Under the pieces are notes generated by a model. It was given only the letters and a program-made list of their open reading frames with translations, ran no database searches and was not told the origin of the DNA. A stretch of DNA of 64,000 nt from Botryllus schlosseri. Lineage: Eukaryota. Of the stretch, positions 15,301 through 30,300 are shown piece by piece. How positions within the stretch are numbered: the stretch's first letter is position 1; every line of letters begins with the position of its first letter. The stretch lies in the NCBI GenBank assembly GCA_051294905.1, contig CM119372.1, forward strand, positions 32,118,001 to 32,182,000. The letters run 5' to 3'. The position numbers and the translations under genes were made by a program.

Positions 15301-18300
15301 TTTTATTCCGTATAGTGTTCACTTGCAGCTTACACACATACTGTGTTCAGAATCGCAGGTTATGGTAGATTCGCAGGCATTTGACGCCGATTTAAGTACT
15401 TCGAACTCGCAGAATTCACCAGTCGATGCTCCAGGTAATGCATCATTCAAATACGCTCGTTATGTTGCTGACCCATTGTATATCGTGAATTCAGCTGTGG
15501 TTGCATTGGCTGCTGCTGAAGATAAATCTAGAGAGGAATTTCTGTCTGGCCTCTTTGAACAACTGAATCCGAAGGAGCTGCTGGCTTGTGCGATATTATT
15601 AGTTAAAACCTAATTGAGCGTCTGCGCATTCCTCAAAATATTTTTATTTGTTTGCAGCGACGGGCAGCAATTTACAAGGCATTGGAGAAAGGATAGCAGC
15701 TGCGCTACAAACGACAGGTATGCGTGTGAAGAATAATTATTGGCGAAATCGTATCACAGATGATTCAAGCCTGATACCCTATATTTGGCTCGAATCGAGT
15801 CACAACTGTCCTATAATATTTTATTGAAGACAAAACGGGAAAATAGGAAACCGAAACGAAATATAAAGCCATCAGCACAGTGAAAAGCGTAGAACTATTG
15901 CGCAACGAAAAAATAAAATCATCATAGCTTCCAAATAACCGTACTGTGCTACAGTCACATCGTTTAGATCGTATGCGGAAATGTTATAGGCCCAAAGAAG
16001 GGTTTCCCAAACGTTTTATGATACCCATCCCAAATTTCGATTTGAAAACGTTTCGCGATCCAACCTCTCACTTTGACATGCTAGTAACTAAAAATGGGTC
16101 AGCATCACCTTCGCCTAAACTTACGCACGGCCTATGTGCGCAGTAAGATCAATTGTAAACTCGTCAACCTCCGACCTTAGATTAGTAAACTCAATTTAGA
16201 CCAGTGGTTCCAAATTTTTTTCGTCTCGTGCCCCCCTTGGCCGATATTTGAGCTAAAATTCCCCCCCCCCCTATGAAAAAGTTGCCTGTGACTAAAAATG
16301 TGCTTTTTAACGCGCAACCATTTGTTGACTGAGCAATTAATGGCCAACATATTCAGATATGTCCGAAGTATTTCGAATGCGGATCGACCGCACTAAACTT
16401 TGGCAAAGTACAGTCAAATTTGACCTGTTTTTGACCGGTCGGGTAGCCGCTGACAAAAAATAAATCACCAAGTCCGCTTGCTATGGACTTGAGTTGAATC
16501 GATGAATTTGGTACGGTATGTTTTTCACGTTAGCTCATATGTTGGCTTAAAAAGTTAAACAATTTCACTAGCGGCCTTGTGCTGTATTCGGCTTGACGTT
16601 TTCCTGCTTAGTAGCAATTTTGGTCGGGAGGCTGTCGCGGACCCAACGAAATCGTCTCGTGAGCCTCACTTAATCAGGGGGTGTAATATCTACGGAAGGC
16701 ATTTAAACATACACCTAGCTTGAAATCCGCGAAAGAAACATACAACTTTAAAGAACTAATTTCTACTTAACAGTAGGGATGGTGTGAACGCGAGGTTCAC
16801 GTTCGCGTTCTGTGTGTGAACCTCGGAAATTCAGAGGTTCGTGTTCACAACAGAACCTTGGTAGGTTCTGCTCTGTGAACCTTTTTGTTATATTACAATT
16901 CTAAGTTCATTATGACATTTTTGGTTCGAATGACGCTAGCAGCATAAAAAATCAACACAAAACGAGCATGCACGTTTTACACTCTGCCCAAGATCAATGT
17001 AGCAATACTCAGACGCCGAATACATTATCCGGTATGGTCAAGACCGTTTAGGCGTAAGCTTATATTCCCTGGCAACTCCTCGTCGAAATTATTGGCAAAG
17101 CGACGGATGATATTGATTTTATGGGAGTATTATGTCATTTGATTTTCTCAGTTGATACATTTAGCGACGTTTAAAACGCAAATATGTACTTAAGCATAGT
17201 GGCATTACGTGGCCCGAGTCGTCGCTAGGTATCGTGTACATTAATATAGGCTATCACTTCATTGAAAGATAGGGTTGGAATTAGCAATATGACGTCATGT
17301 GACGTCATGAGGTTCACGTTCGCGTTCACACAGAACCATTCAAAAAGGTTCGCGTTCACACGAACCTGAACCTTTCAGAGGTTCACACCATCTCTACTTA
17401 ACAGTTCTATACCATAAAAATCTAAAAACCTTGTGAACCCAGTGTATCTTCCGATACAATGCAAAGCCAGATTTCCCCTAAAAAATTAAGCCAGATTCCC
17501 CCCTAAAAATTTCAAAATTTTCCCCAAGGGGGGAACTCCCCCCCGGTTGGGAACCACTGATTTAGACTATAGTAACATAAAAAGGTCCATTCAGACGATT
17601 TCTATCTATATCCAATCGAAGTATGGTCAAATAGTGATACGTGAAATACTGCGTCACGCAAACTAGAGACAACGATCTTATCGGCCGCGCTGAGCCGGTC
17701 ACTTGTAGTTTTCCTGGAAGGTAGAATTACCGTGTTATTGATTTATATTGTGCTCCCGACTCTTTAATCCTCATAGTGATGGTCAGAAGCTGGCGCTTTA
17801 TAATGACGATACGACTGATCCGCGACTTTGTTTACCGTGTTCGCATTCCTCGGAGGTTGTGTTTTGTTCTATTTTGAAAGAATGAACTGAAATATTCAGA
17901 TATGCACCGCCGATAGTATCCGCTTACTCGGCATTCTTGTAATAGTCATTGGTATTAAATTTTCGTCTCCGCGAAACCAGAGAATAGGTAAACGACCCCT
18001 AATTTTGTGAATTCGTGGTCTAAAGCCATCAATTCGCCTGATTGGAAAAGCATCGAAACTTTCCCAATTGCAGGGGATGGATTTAAAGCTTCATTAATTA
18101 GGTACAGTGCTACACGCCATCAATATTACCTGCAACAGTGTGTCGTACTATATTTCCGGTTGTGATTTATATCAGATGATCGAGATCAACTTGTAAGTAG
18201 GACTGAGCACAATGATTCGAGTAATCGAATAGAAATCGATTTATATATTAATGATTCGAGTCGTGTGGTAAAATACGATTTTATTCGTGTACTGAATTTA

Positions 18301-21300
18301 TACGGTCCTCGCACTCGCAACTGAAAGTTAATTTACTAACGAGAATTATAGTTTTGATGCGATTCAAGGCTACTGCGTAAGCCTTGAAACCTAGATTTGC
18401 CGTGTCCCAATAAGTTGATTGGGTACCGATTACCATGTTGGTTAATACGAAAGGAAATGATTCGTTTCTATTTGGAATCAGCGACTCCCTTTCCCCCAGG
18501 ATGCAGCGTTGGGATGCTTGCAACAAATATTCAACTTACTAACACAACCGACGATGATGCATGAGCGTGGCGCAAGCCTACACCCTTGGAGTCATACATC
18601 TGTCACATTTTCATAACTTCTTTCGTACAAGGATACGGCTATTATGGAATTCATTTTGTTAGAGCGCTACACACATATTGATCCGGACTCCAACTCTGAC
18701 TCCGAATCCCGACTCTTTGAACACACTGTCTCCAGCTCCGACTCCGACCATTTCTCTTACATAACTGCGACCCCGTCTCAAACAGAACTACGAATTTTCT
18801 TCAAAATTATATGTAATATGGTGATGCTTTAATGACTTTCCTCGCTGTGGCATGCAAAATTGTTTCACCGTGATATATCTCGAAATACGCACTGTACAAT
18901 TAATATGGACGTATAAATCTCGAAATGTCCTTTCCTTTGTCATATGTTATAAGTTTTTATAACAGAGACAAGTCACGGATATTCAAATTTGTATGAATCA
19001 TTCAAACATAAGATATATATCCCACTCTATATAATTAGGATGTGGAAAAAAACAATGGAAATGTATAGCTGTCGTGTATGAGCCAGCACAGAGATGTACA
19101 AATTTTCTCACTACGGTCTATACTGATAAGAAAACACTCTTAAGCTACCAATAAACGGTGGTCAGAAACGAAATTTCGGCACTTATTTACGTATTCATGG
19201 ATTGGGATTATACTGGCACCAAATATTTGTTCGACCCAAGCGGCTGAGCTACTCACTAGAAATTATCTTGATTTTGTTACGTGGGAAGCGTCGTTTGGTT
19301 ATATTTGCATCAATCTGACAAGTGATGTTGTCACTCACAGAACGAAACGATTTTTACCCTTTCACAGTATCATGGCATAATTCCAAAAAAATCACCGACT
19401 TGTGATTGTATCGGCAAATTTGCGTTAGTCATGAAGATGCATCTTGCAATGTTCTTCCTCAATGCAATCGAATTGCAATAAGTAAATATTGTCAAATTTT
19501 ATCAATATCGTAACTACTAACAGTGATTGTTGGCACATACCAATCCTATTTTATTTATTATTAGTAGGTTTAAGAGACCTTTGAAAGCACTTGCCTTCAT
19601 ATTAAAGAAGTTGGAGTCGGAGTCCGAGTCAGAAGCATTTTTACAAACTCCGATCCCGATTCAGCTAGTATTTTCACCGACTTCGACTACAACTCTACTA
19701 CCCTGATAGTAATCCATAATTTAAAGCTAAGTGTTACTAGAAAAATGAGAATTGATCAACCATATAACTATCTGTATGTTACTAGTGTTCCAACTCAGCG
19801 CAACGTAACGCGTCTCGCGGTGTAGACGACGTGATGACATGTTGAAGGCGTTGGGTATCAAATGAAAATTTCATAATGATCTGCATCACTAATTCACCAC
19901 GCGTGACCAATTATTAATGTCTTGTTTGACACTGCATTCGATTACTAAATCAGATGAGCAAGGCAGACTGGCTGCCTCTGCCGACGAATCTCCTGAAAGT
20001 GACGGATTATTACCGGTCATCAGCCAAATACTCGATTCAAAGCAGCTGTTGGCATGTGAGTCGCGACGTCTTTAAATAGGATCCAGGTATTATTGCACCA
20101 TCTATATAACTCATGTCTTTTCGTTTTAGCGGCGAAAGACATCCAATCAAGAGGGATTCAAGCAGGGATTGAACACGTCCTACAAGAGCTAAGTATGTAT
20201 GCCTCGTTGCTCGATAATTGCTAAATCATTATGTGCGGTGCGCAGACCTAAATCAAAGTAGTCATACATACGTAATGTTTGGTGTAGGAATACGATAAAC
20301 AGTGGTGGCTTTTGGGGTGGGCGAGGTGGGCGGTCGCCCGGGGCCCCCCTGGTCGAAGGCCCCCCCCCCCTATTTGGATTTTGCGATTTTCTCAAGGAGA
20401 ATGACGAATAAACATGGAAATCCGTGCACCAAGCAAGAATATGATTCCGTACAGATGTGTCAATCATCATCAAATCACTGCATTTGTTAGAAAAGTCCCG
20501 TATCCCGATAATCATCACGTTTCTGCATGCGGTAGGTTTAATTAGTTTTGATGTAGTCAATCCTTGCACACCTGCAAAATAGACATGGCCGAATCCAGCA
20601 CCTGGGCAAACCTTTGTGGTGGTGAAAGATAGATAATAATAACCGATGCGGAAGGGGGGTCTGGGGGTTACGGGTAGATACTTATAGGGGGCCCCCCGAT
20701 AAGTCTCGCTCAGGGCCCCGCCGTTCGTAGGGCCACCACTGACGATAAACCCAGATTATAGTAACTAGCGTTCGTCCGTGGTATATCGTAAACCTGCCTA
20801 TTTGTTGTGGTTTCCTGTCTTTATATAGTACTTTTCGACTGCAATGGTCATTTAGACCAGGCAGATATACGGTGTGTTTGATACCATATCTGCCGGATTT
20901 TAACACGGACCAATTTTAGGCTTGTTTGCAGCACCGCTCACGCGGACCAGATGGCGAGGACGAGCCTAGATAAACCACCAGCTGTTAGGAAGGGTATCTT
21001 GAGTCGACCTCAGTAGGACTCCAACCGACAACCTATTCCTGTGGATCATACCACTGCGCTATCTAGCCACATCTGCATATATGTCTTTGCAGTTATCAAT
21101 ATCGTTGAGGTCGAACGCGATAAGCGACATAAAATTTCGTGGAAAGAAGCTTAGTTACGATATATTTATATGCCGAATAAGGATAGTTTGGTTTCTCAAG
21201 CCTAATTATACCTTATAAAGTACAATATGCTTAATTTTTTTACTTTTCCACGTGCATCTTGGCCAATGTAGGTGTATCAAAATCTGCTGAAAATAGATAA

Positions 21301-24300
21301 TTTTCCTGTAAATTGAGGAGCGCGATTTCACTTTGCCCTATAAATGCCAGGAGTTTTGCAGCTGGTATGGTATGCAGTGATAAAAACCGCAATCTAGTAG
21401 CTTATATCTTTTCAGTTCTAGACACCAATTTCATAGCGGACACCGCATTAATTTGCAGCATTTCCAACGTAGCAGAGTGTAATTGCAAATGTTTCGTCTA
21501 CTCACATTCACAGCATGACATTAAATTATATAATGAAACCGACAAGTTAGCAAATAATTGAATTACCGTGAAAAAAAATAAATTGATTGATTTAATAAAC
21601 TTTGGGAGACTTCTTCAATTAAATTGAATTTAATCAGTGGGTGAAATGAATTTTATCATCCGTTATAAACGTATAGTGCCGTCGTTAATTTATCGTATGC
21701 TCTACTCCATCGTTAATTTCATCGACATTTTACGAATTCCCGAGCCATCATGAAATCCGGAACACTATGCGATTCTGAAATTGAAAGACCCAACCTATGG
21801 CATTCATACCATAATGAACCATCATTCGGGCTCATTCAAGTCAACGACAGTATAGTAATTACCTGAGAGGCTGAGTCAGAGATGTATTCGAGGCATCATT
21901 CAAGGTCATTGCAATTTGCAAGATGTTTGATGTACAGATTGAGTCGCTGATTATTACAAATCGAGTAACGAATATTGGATTATTATTATTATGCATGGAA
22001 AAAGGTATGCTGCAATGTAGAACGTGGAACTGCTAAACTACGTAGGTTACAGTAGAGTAGACCTGGGCAAAGTGCGGCCCGCGGGCCAAATGCGGTCCGC
22101 GAAGCTATTCCGTGCGGCACACTAAAGGTTGTTCGAAATTCAAAACATAAAACTTGCTTTTTGAATGACTAAAATTAGAAGCTGTGTCAAGTGAGAAAAA
22201 ATATTCGTTTACTTTGAAGCCTGTTCATTAATATGCCAAGATTACGCTGCCTTCGCTCCTCGCATGCGTAATCCGGATTCAAAATAATCGGCAACGTGGA
22301 AAACTGTGAGTAGCAAATAAATTCGCAAGAAATTATTCTTTCCATATAGTTGAGTTCAAACCTTCTTTGCTGCCATGGTGACATTACGCATTATACGGTA
22401 TGTGTTTCAAATTGTTAAGTGATACGTCTCCAAATCTCTAATTTGCAAAACAAGTCAATCGGTGCTCGTGATTACTATGACTCATCATATGTATCACCCA
22501 TAAAGGATGAAAAAGCATTTAATATATCAAAGCATAAAATTGAAATTCAAAGAAGGTTTAGAGCACTAAATATTTGTATAGTGGAGTCAGGGACGTTGAT
22601 AGGAGTTTAACGCGAGTTAATAATGTAGCCTATCATGTTTAACATTATTTCGAATCATGACGGCAAATGGATATTTTTTTTAATTAACCGTCACTTTGTA
22701 ATTGTAATTTGATAAAAATTTTGCCCAATTTCAATTACAATACATTGTTATTGAGACTTGACAAGCACAACACAAAATGATTGACGCTTCTTCCTTTACG
22801 ATCAACAGCCAACCAGTGTTCACTAGTGTTGTTCAGATTTGAAAAATTGTCAGGAAACTTCGACAATCGCGATCCAAATGATGGTTTAGTACACAAAAAC
22901 ACTTTTATGAGCAATTTCGGTTAACTTCATCGTGATCTTCTATTTCCTCAAAGCCCCCAACGATCCAGGGGCCATTTCTCCTTACTATAGCTGATATAAC
23001 AGAGTGTTTACCTTGATCTTATCCTGAAGTAGGGCTCCGTAGTGTTGTCCGTGTAGCCCAGTGGTTCCCAACGTGGGCGATATCGCCCCCCAGGGGGCGA
23101 TTTGTCGGTCCAGGGGGGCGAAAATAGCCAAGGGGGCGATAGGGGGGCGAAAACGGACGAAGGGGGCGATAGGGGGGCGATGGCGCGTTGAAATGGCTAT
23201 ATTGGCGTCCATGACCGTAACTGCCACACCCAAACCCCCAATTGGGATGGGGGCCCAAGCTCGAAGGGGACCCACAATTTTTTCGTGAATTAACATTAAT
23301 TATAGAGTATTATTTTGGAAATTTAGGCAACTTTTTCGAAAAATTTTCGCGCTGCGCGGCATTTCGTGGTCACGTATTTCTTGCTTATTGGATACCCTTC
23401 CTCCAAGAAATGATACGCATGAGTTATAGAAATGGGCATCTCGGCGTCAGCTATAATCACACCATGACGCACCAAGACATATGAAGTTTCAGGCCATGTA
23501 ACATGCGACTCCGAGAAGTGTGCCAGAACGAGAAAACCTTGGCGGGAATGGACTGACTTTATGCTGACCGACTTCGATATATATACGATATACATATATA
23601 TATTTAATTGTCCATAAGCGCCTAAATGGCTGGCGCCAAATGTTCCTGTCCTGGCAATCAAAACCCCACAAAAAATGCCATCTCGCAGAGAAAAATTAAT
23701 TATTGCCAGTGCAGAAATACCAATTTCAAGTCGTGTGCGTCTTTTAGTTTAGTACGTATGGGCGATTTGAATATCTTTTGACATAGCAGACAGGCCACGA
23801 AATATCATCACGTAACGAAGTCATTCTACCCACGGGTCCGCCCGAATCTGTTCAATTATTATTTACTACCTTACATTTTCCAAAACACCTCACGCAGCTT
23901 TACCGGTAAATCTGACTACATGAGCAAAGAGAGGATAACAAATTGACAGCAATATGCAATTCCCGATCATATTTACCGATTCAACCATGAATGATAGAAA
24001 TTTTTCGCGCTTCGCGCGAATTAAGCCGACTAACTAAAGAGTCCAACAATTTGTGCTGAGAAGTAGCGGTAAAGAGGTATCGGGGAAGTTGGGTCTGAGG
24101 GGTGCAGAAGTTTGCTTTATCGTCCTATGGAGGGGGGGCAAGACCAACGCGGGGGGCCTGACGAAGTGCTGTTACGGTCCTTTTGGAATCAAGTCGGAGT
24201 AATCACTTTGTTTATTAGTCAACTCACCAAAGTTTAACTGGAAAAGTGTAATTTGGAGGTCCAGCCGAAAAGTTGACCTTTTTTCTTAGTCAACTCGCCG

Positions 24301-27300
24301 GTGATTTCAGACTATATGCCCATTTTTCGGTTACCAATATTTGGGGGGCGATGATCGCTGTGCAGTTTGAAAAGGGGGCGATGAGTCGAAAAAGGTTGGG
24401 AACCACTGGTGTAGCCAGTTCGTAGCTTTTGTGAATTTAGCAGTGGAAAACGGTTGTGTAGAGATGAGAAATGGCCTGCTGGTAGTATATCCGTTTACAA
24501 AACTGTACTTGAATGCTGACTTATAAATGTCAGATGTATCTCCTTTATCCTTATCAAAACCTGTCTATCGTGTTCATGAGAAGGTTGTATTAGTTGCATA
24601 TGTGACAATGGTTTGTTATGGATCGTACATCGAGTGGGCGCCGTTGGGTTACAAGTCAACAAAGGCAGATATTTGCAGCTAGTTTTTAGCCAGTAAATAT
24701 TATTGAAAGGTGTGTAATATGTAATGTCACTAATATTTGTCTCAATTTTAGTGTATCTGTAAAAATACAAGTTATCTCATTTGATGGCATAGTGCAATTT
24801 AGTTGAAGAAGAATGTCTGAAAAAGCGGACGAAGGTTGTGCCGGACCCACCAAAAGCAAGCTCGAAGTCGGGTCACTATTTGATCGGATATTCATCTGAG
24901 TATATTAGACACTACAAGTTACCGACTCTACGTCAGGTTCTACAGTATTTGCTATATCTGAAATAAAACTGCTCTAAGAATACCAGAACGCAGGAAGTTC
25001 TTTTTCAAACTGTTCAAGAGGTTGCCAAAGTATAGAATATGGCAAGAATGCCTATGAAAGAATTGGAGAACATTGTTCCGATGCTGCGAAAGGTTTATGA
25101 CATTAAAAAGAAAAACATGGATCGGTCAGGTGATGTTGGAGGAAAGCGCCAAGCATTTTGTGACAAACTCGATACGTTGTGGGACATTGGACATTGCGTC
25201 GCAATACCGTTTTATAAAAAATGATTCGCAGTTGTCGCCATCTCAGAAGAATGAAGACGTCGCATTTTATGAGGACCAACAGCATTCTCGCAGCACACAA
25301 CTCGCAGGAAAAGATGAGATCTTTGAAAGAAGCCAGACATAGATTCCAATAGCAACTGAGATCAATGACGAACATATTTCAGCATCTTGCGAGCACAAGG
25401 TCTAGTGATGAATTTGTCACGTTGATGTCCTCGTCATCTGGGGAGGAAACCAGTATTCCACCCTCTGAATATGATGCTGCAATCAGAAATCCTTCATGTA
25501 CTAAAATTCAAGCTCCCAGAAACTTGTTACATAACAAACATAGTACTGATGTGCTGGACCGTCTAAAATTGACTGATAACCAAGCAACTATGCTACTTAA
25601 TGCTTTCATACAGGCATGCGGAGGGGATATTGACGAATTTGTGCTATCCAGATCAAGTATAAAGAGACATAGAGAGCCTAATTGCCTTGAGGTTTCGCAT
25701 GATATATCTGAATCATTCCAATAAGACCTACCCATCATGCTGCTATACACTGGAATGGAAAGTTGACAGAAGACAGATTTGGAACAAACTATGAAGCATT
25801 GGCTGTGATATTGGCTTTTTATCCTCAGCATACAGATGGAAAATTACTTCGAATTCTTAACTTATTTTCAATGATGATAACAATTGTCGCAAGCCACGAA
25901 AATGTTATAGCGTGCTAATTATTTTTTGCCATAATCTGCTTCATAAGTTTAATTATGCAAAATGTTCATTCATCGAGTTTCAGAAACATGCATCTTCTTC
26001 GCTTGACTCTCGTCTTGTTTTGAGAGCAAGCCTAGTATCATGAACTTGCAGTGCTTTCACAATGTTACTCCATAGATATTCTTGTCATATTCCACACTAT
26101 GGCAACCTCTTAGACAGTTGGAACAGGAGAGTCCTGCGTTTTCGTCGTCATCGGGCAGAAAGTGATTGCTCAGTATTTTGCAAATGAACTGAAATTGAGG
26201 CAGAGACACTGACATTGCACATTACCTTCCTACTTAATAGATCTTTCACCACGATTCACGAAGTAAAAACCACCTGGAAATGCACGCATTTGTTTCATTC
26301 ATACAACCTGACTAGCTGTAGCAGTAGGCCTACAGATTACAACACATATTCCAGAAGGTCGCCCTGGCATATGTAGTTCAGTGCAATAGTCAAATTAACT
26401 TGATATTTCTCACATATAGACGGTCATTTTCAACTGCAAACTCCACTGAAGGTAAAATCATCACCGCTGATAACTGCTTTGCAATATTAGCTCGGTCAGT
26501 GGTCGGGAACCTATGGCCTGCGAGCCATATATGGCTCTTTTGGTATAAGATATGGCTCTTTGCCAAATATTTAATTTTGTATTGGATTGATCAATATTGC
26601 AATGACATGTTGGTAAATTTTCATCACGGCCAAAATAATTATTCTGGTGCCAGTATATAAACATGTCTTTGAGAGGTAAAGACAATGTCGTCTTCAGGTT
26701 TAGGGGCTCGGACCTCCTCTTCTCACAACCATCAAATTTAAGTTACTATCACGCCGACGGCCAATATCACTCGTGAATTCAATGTACCCGACTCGAAATC
26801 TTGAATTGTGCGATACGTTGATTAATCAAAGAGCATAGCAGACACGGCGCCGCCCATTTCAAACCGCAGATTTCAAATACGCATTGTCTTCCTGATCTCC
26901 GTCGCGAAATGAACTGTTGTGAATGTGACAATTACATACTCGAATTACAAACAATGTCATAGCTATCCACGTTCTTGATCGGTAAGTATAGCTCTGTGTA
27001 GTGTGAAATAAAATGTAGGCGTGTAGCGCAACGTTATGTTACCGCCGAATACTTTGAGTAATCGATAAGTATTTTAGATTTTCGTAATCAGTATAACAGT
27101 CACATTCGATTAATATAAGTCATAATAAATTCTAAGCTACTTATGAATTGCGTTATCAAGGGTGAGGCTTGACTCGCCTGTTCTATACCTCTCGTTTCGA
27201 CATTTATTTCCGAACAATAAATACCAGATTTTACAGAGAAAATATGGCGCACACGAGGAATCTCATGCAGTGAGTTCGAATTAATGCTACCATGACGTCA

Positions 27301-30300
27301 GGAATTTTTAATTGTGACGTAACAGTTGATTGGCATGTATGGCTCTTTGGGAGTTGAGATGGAAAAAATAGGGCCAATATGGCTCTTCGGACAAAAAGCT
27401 TCCCCACCACTGAGCTAGGTAAACACAGTTGGGAATCCCCAATAATTAGGAGAATTGGCCACTGATCTTTGGGGGCTTTGAGGAAATAGAGGATCGCGAT
27501 GAAAATGACAAAAATTGCTCCTTAAAGTGTTTTTGTGTACTAAACCATCATTTGGATCACAATGGTCGAAGTTTCCTGACAATTTTTCAAATCTGAACAA
27601 CGCTAGTGTTCACCGTAACACTAATCACTGTTTCCCATCAACATGTCAAAATTTATAAACGTTAAAATAATTGTTTTCGGGTCGGGATTGGTGTTGTGGT
27701 TGCGGCTTATTAGGGTTACGGGTGGGGCAAATTAGGGTTCCTACACGTGCCACTTCCTTTCCATCGGTTGCTATTATGTTATCTTCTGTTTTCTGTGTAT
27801 ATGCCTGCTCTTTACATCGTCTGGTCAGTGGTCCCCACCTTTTTTATGGTCGCGACCTCGAGACACCTATTAATTCCGATTTGAAAATGTTCCGCGACCC
27901 CAAACTTACTCACGACCTATATGGGATTCCGACAACTATGTGCGCAGTGATAGCAATTATACAATTCTGGACGCGTCTATCTCCGTCTCCGTCCAAGACT
28001 ATACCAATATATCGTTGTTCTGGAGCGAGTTTTATCCACATCGAATCAGCGTAGTCAATGAAATTCTGCGTCGCGCGAAATGCAGACACGAATCTGTAAG
28101 TTGATCTGACGCGCTCAGCACGATTTTTGTTTGTTTGTTTGTTCTCTTAACTCAGTGGTTCCCAAATTTTCAAGAAAACTTCACGAAATGGTTCCATTGC
28201 AATCTTTCGAATGGCTCACGGCACCTCTCTTATCACTTCCGGTAATTAATACACTACCCTTTACACATCCGATTTGCAAACGGTATCATGCGATTCACGA
28301 ACGAGTCGAATTTACTAACGCCATACGCAAGACTTATTAATTTTTTACTCAGCTTAGTAAGCACAAACTATAGTGTTATGAAAATCGGTGTACAGTTGTT
28401 TTCTTGTCGCGTGAAGCGCCAAGTTTTTTAGTTGGTAAATTTTGTCGGTATTACAGTAATTACATTGTTGAAGCATGTTGGTATTTCGTGAACCCAGGTA
28501 ATGATTGTGGCTACTCGAATGATATGTCGGAGTCGCTCACACGTACCCGACTAAACTAAAGAAAATATCATTTTTTCAATTCTCATTTCAACAATGGGAG
28601 CATTCTTTTCCTCCGCGTGTTGCATTTGTACCGCGCGCAGCTTAGATTAGGACTATATCGGTGCCTGAACAGTGAACATATCAATATCGCAAGTTCCGGC
28701 CAACATGCCGCCAGTAATCTTTTTGCCAGCTCGTGAAGTTGCGTGTTGGCCAAACCGCTCTATGTCTTGGTGCGTCCTTGCGCGGAAACGGTCAGCAGCG
28801 CTGAAATGCCGATAATGCAGCCGCTCTTTACACGCACCTAGATTAAAATATCTCAACGGCCTTAAGGGATGCTCTCATAATTGTGAATGCAGGAAGATTC
28901 TTCAGATTTCAATTCTGTAAATTTATGCGTATTTTGTTCCGGGGTGGTTATACGCACAATTTAATCGAGAAAATCATAAAGTGACACCAGAGCGCGTGAA
29001 GCGAGACTAACATTTGAAATTGAATAATTTAGCACTAAAATATCCTACTTTATGTTGATTAGCGATATTATGTCCGCTACCATCGAGTTTGATTTAACAA
29101 CAAGTTGCCTGAATTTTTTTTATATTCAAAAAATTACTTTTTTTCTGAATATAGTTTGAATTTTTCAGAACATGCTTCGCGGTCCTAAATATTGTCTCGC
29201 GGACCCCAAACGAACGTCGTATCCCGTTTGCAGAACGTCTATGTTAACACATAGCGCTATCGGTCACTTGTAGTATACCTGGATGGAAAATTACCACCCC
29301 ATTGATTTCTATGTTCACGACACTTTTATTTTCATAGAGGTGGCCAGACACCAACCTTACGTTAGAGTGGATGGCGCTTTAACATGACACTTCGACTGAT
29401 CTGATACCTTGTTTGCCGGGTTCGCATTTGTCAGAGGTCGTCCTTTCCTATATTTTACAAAATGAACTAAAATATTCAGAAATGAACAGCCGATAGCACC
29501 CGGTTCAATGGAATTATTGCAATGGTCATTGGTATTTAACTTCTGTCCCGCGACTCCACAGAACAGGCAAACGGACCCGTCGCGGTCGCCACCCTAGATT
29601 GGGAAGCCCTGGAATACACTAACTCAAATATTCTTCTATAATTCGATTATATCGATAGAAGAAACGTTTCGGAGTCTAAACACACACCTTTGCTCATTTC
29701 TTACCAGCATTTATGCGTGATTCAGCTAGTCAGCTCGAAGTTGTCGGTCACATGTTGTCACCGAAGACTGTGTATTGCCAGGTCTGGTGTCACGTCAAAT
29801 TTCTGTACATTACGGAGCTGGGGATGTTTTTAATCAGTTTTAAATGTGATGTGTTGCTTCTTTTATCAATTAAAGAACGTTCAACATATTGTATTTTTCA
29901 ATTGAAGTATAAAATTACAAAATATCTGGCGGACCGGCGGTTGAGAACCACTGGTCTAGGTCAGGGATCATCAAACTGGAGTAGGCGAGCAAATTCACCT
30001 AGTACACATTCTGTGTGAAAATTTCAAGGTTTATGTGGCAAGCGAGAAAAAATATTTGGCATGCCCACTGCCAATTTACGCCAATTTATGCCGAGTCAAT
30101 GCTGCTGAGTGTATTGAATTTTTGGTACTCTTTCCCAAGAAAAGCTATGCATGATTTATATAAATAGGCATTCCGGCATCGGCCATTATTGCGCCACGGT
30201 GTGCCAAGACATGAATCTTAGGCAAACATGGGACTCTGAGAAGTGTGCCAAAAAGATCGGCAGCGGTTAAACCTTGGCCAAAAAGGACTGACCTAATGTT

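Larger units (their letters stand above)
22824..27605 (+). mobile_element. Decayed autonomous DNA transposon (hATm-like) with ~140-bp TIRs; nested MITEs 23059-24408 and 26497-27412
   Basis: TIR TAGTGTTGTTCAGATTTGAAAAATTGTCAGG... with its inverted copy at the right end; perfect 8-bp TSD GTGTTCAC; internal transposase relic. Confidence 0.85.

Noticed and set aside
21416..21478. 63-nt phase-1-compatible candidate exon (ILDTNFIADTALICSISNVAE)
   Set aside because: No homology to the modules, a weak donor and the only Cys; cannot be supported without transcripts.
22821..27608. CACTA/CMC reading of the long-TIR element (CACTAG...CTAGTG with TT duplication)
   Set aside because: A perfect 8-bp direct repeat GTGTTCAC explains the same ends better and fits the transposase motifs.
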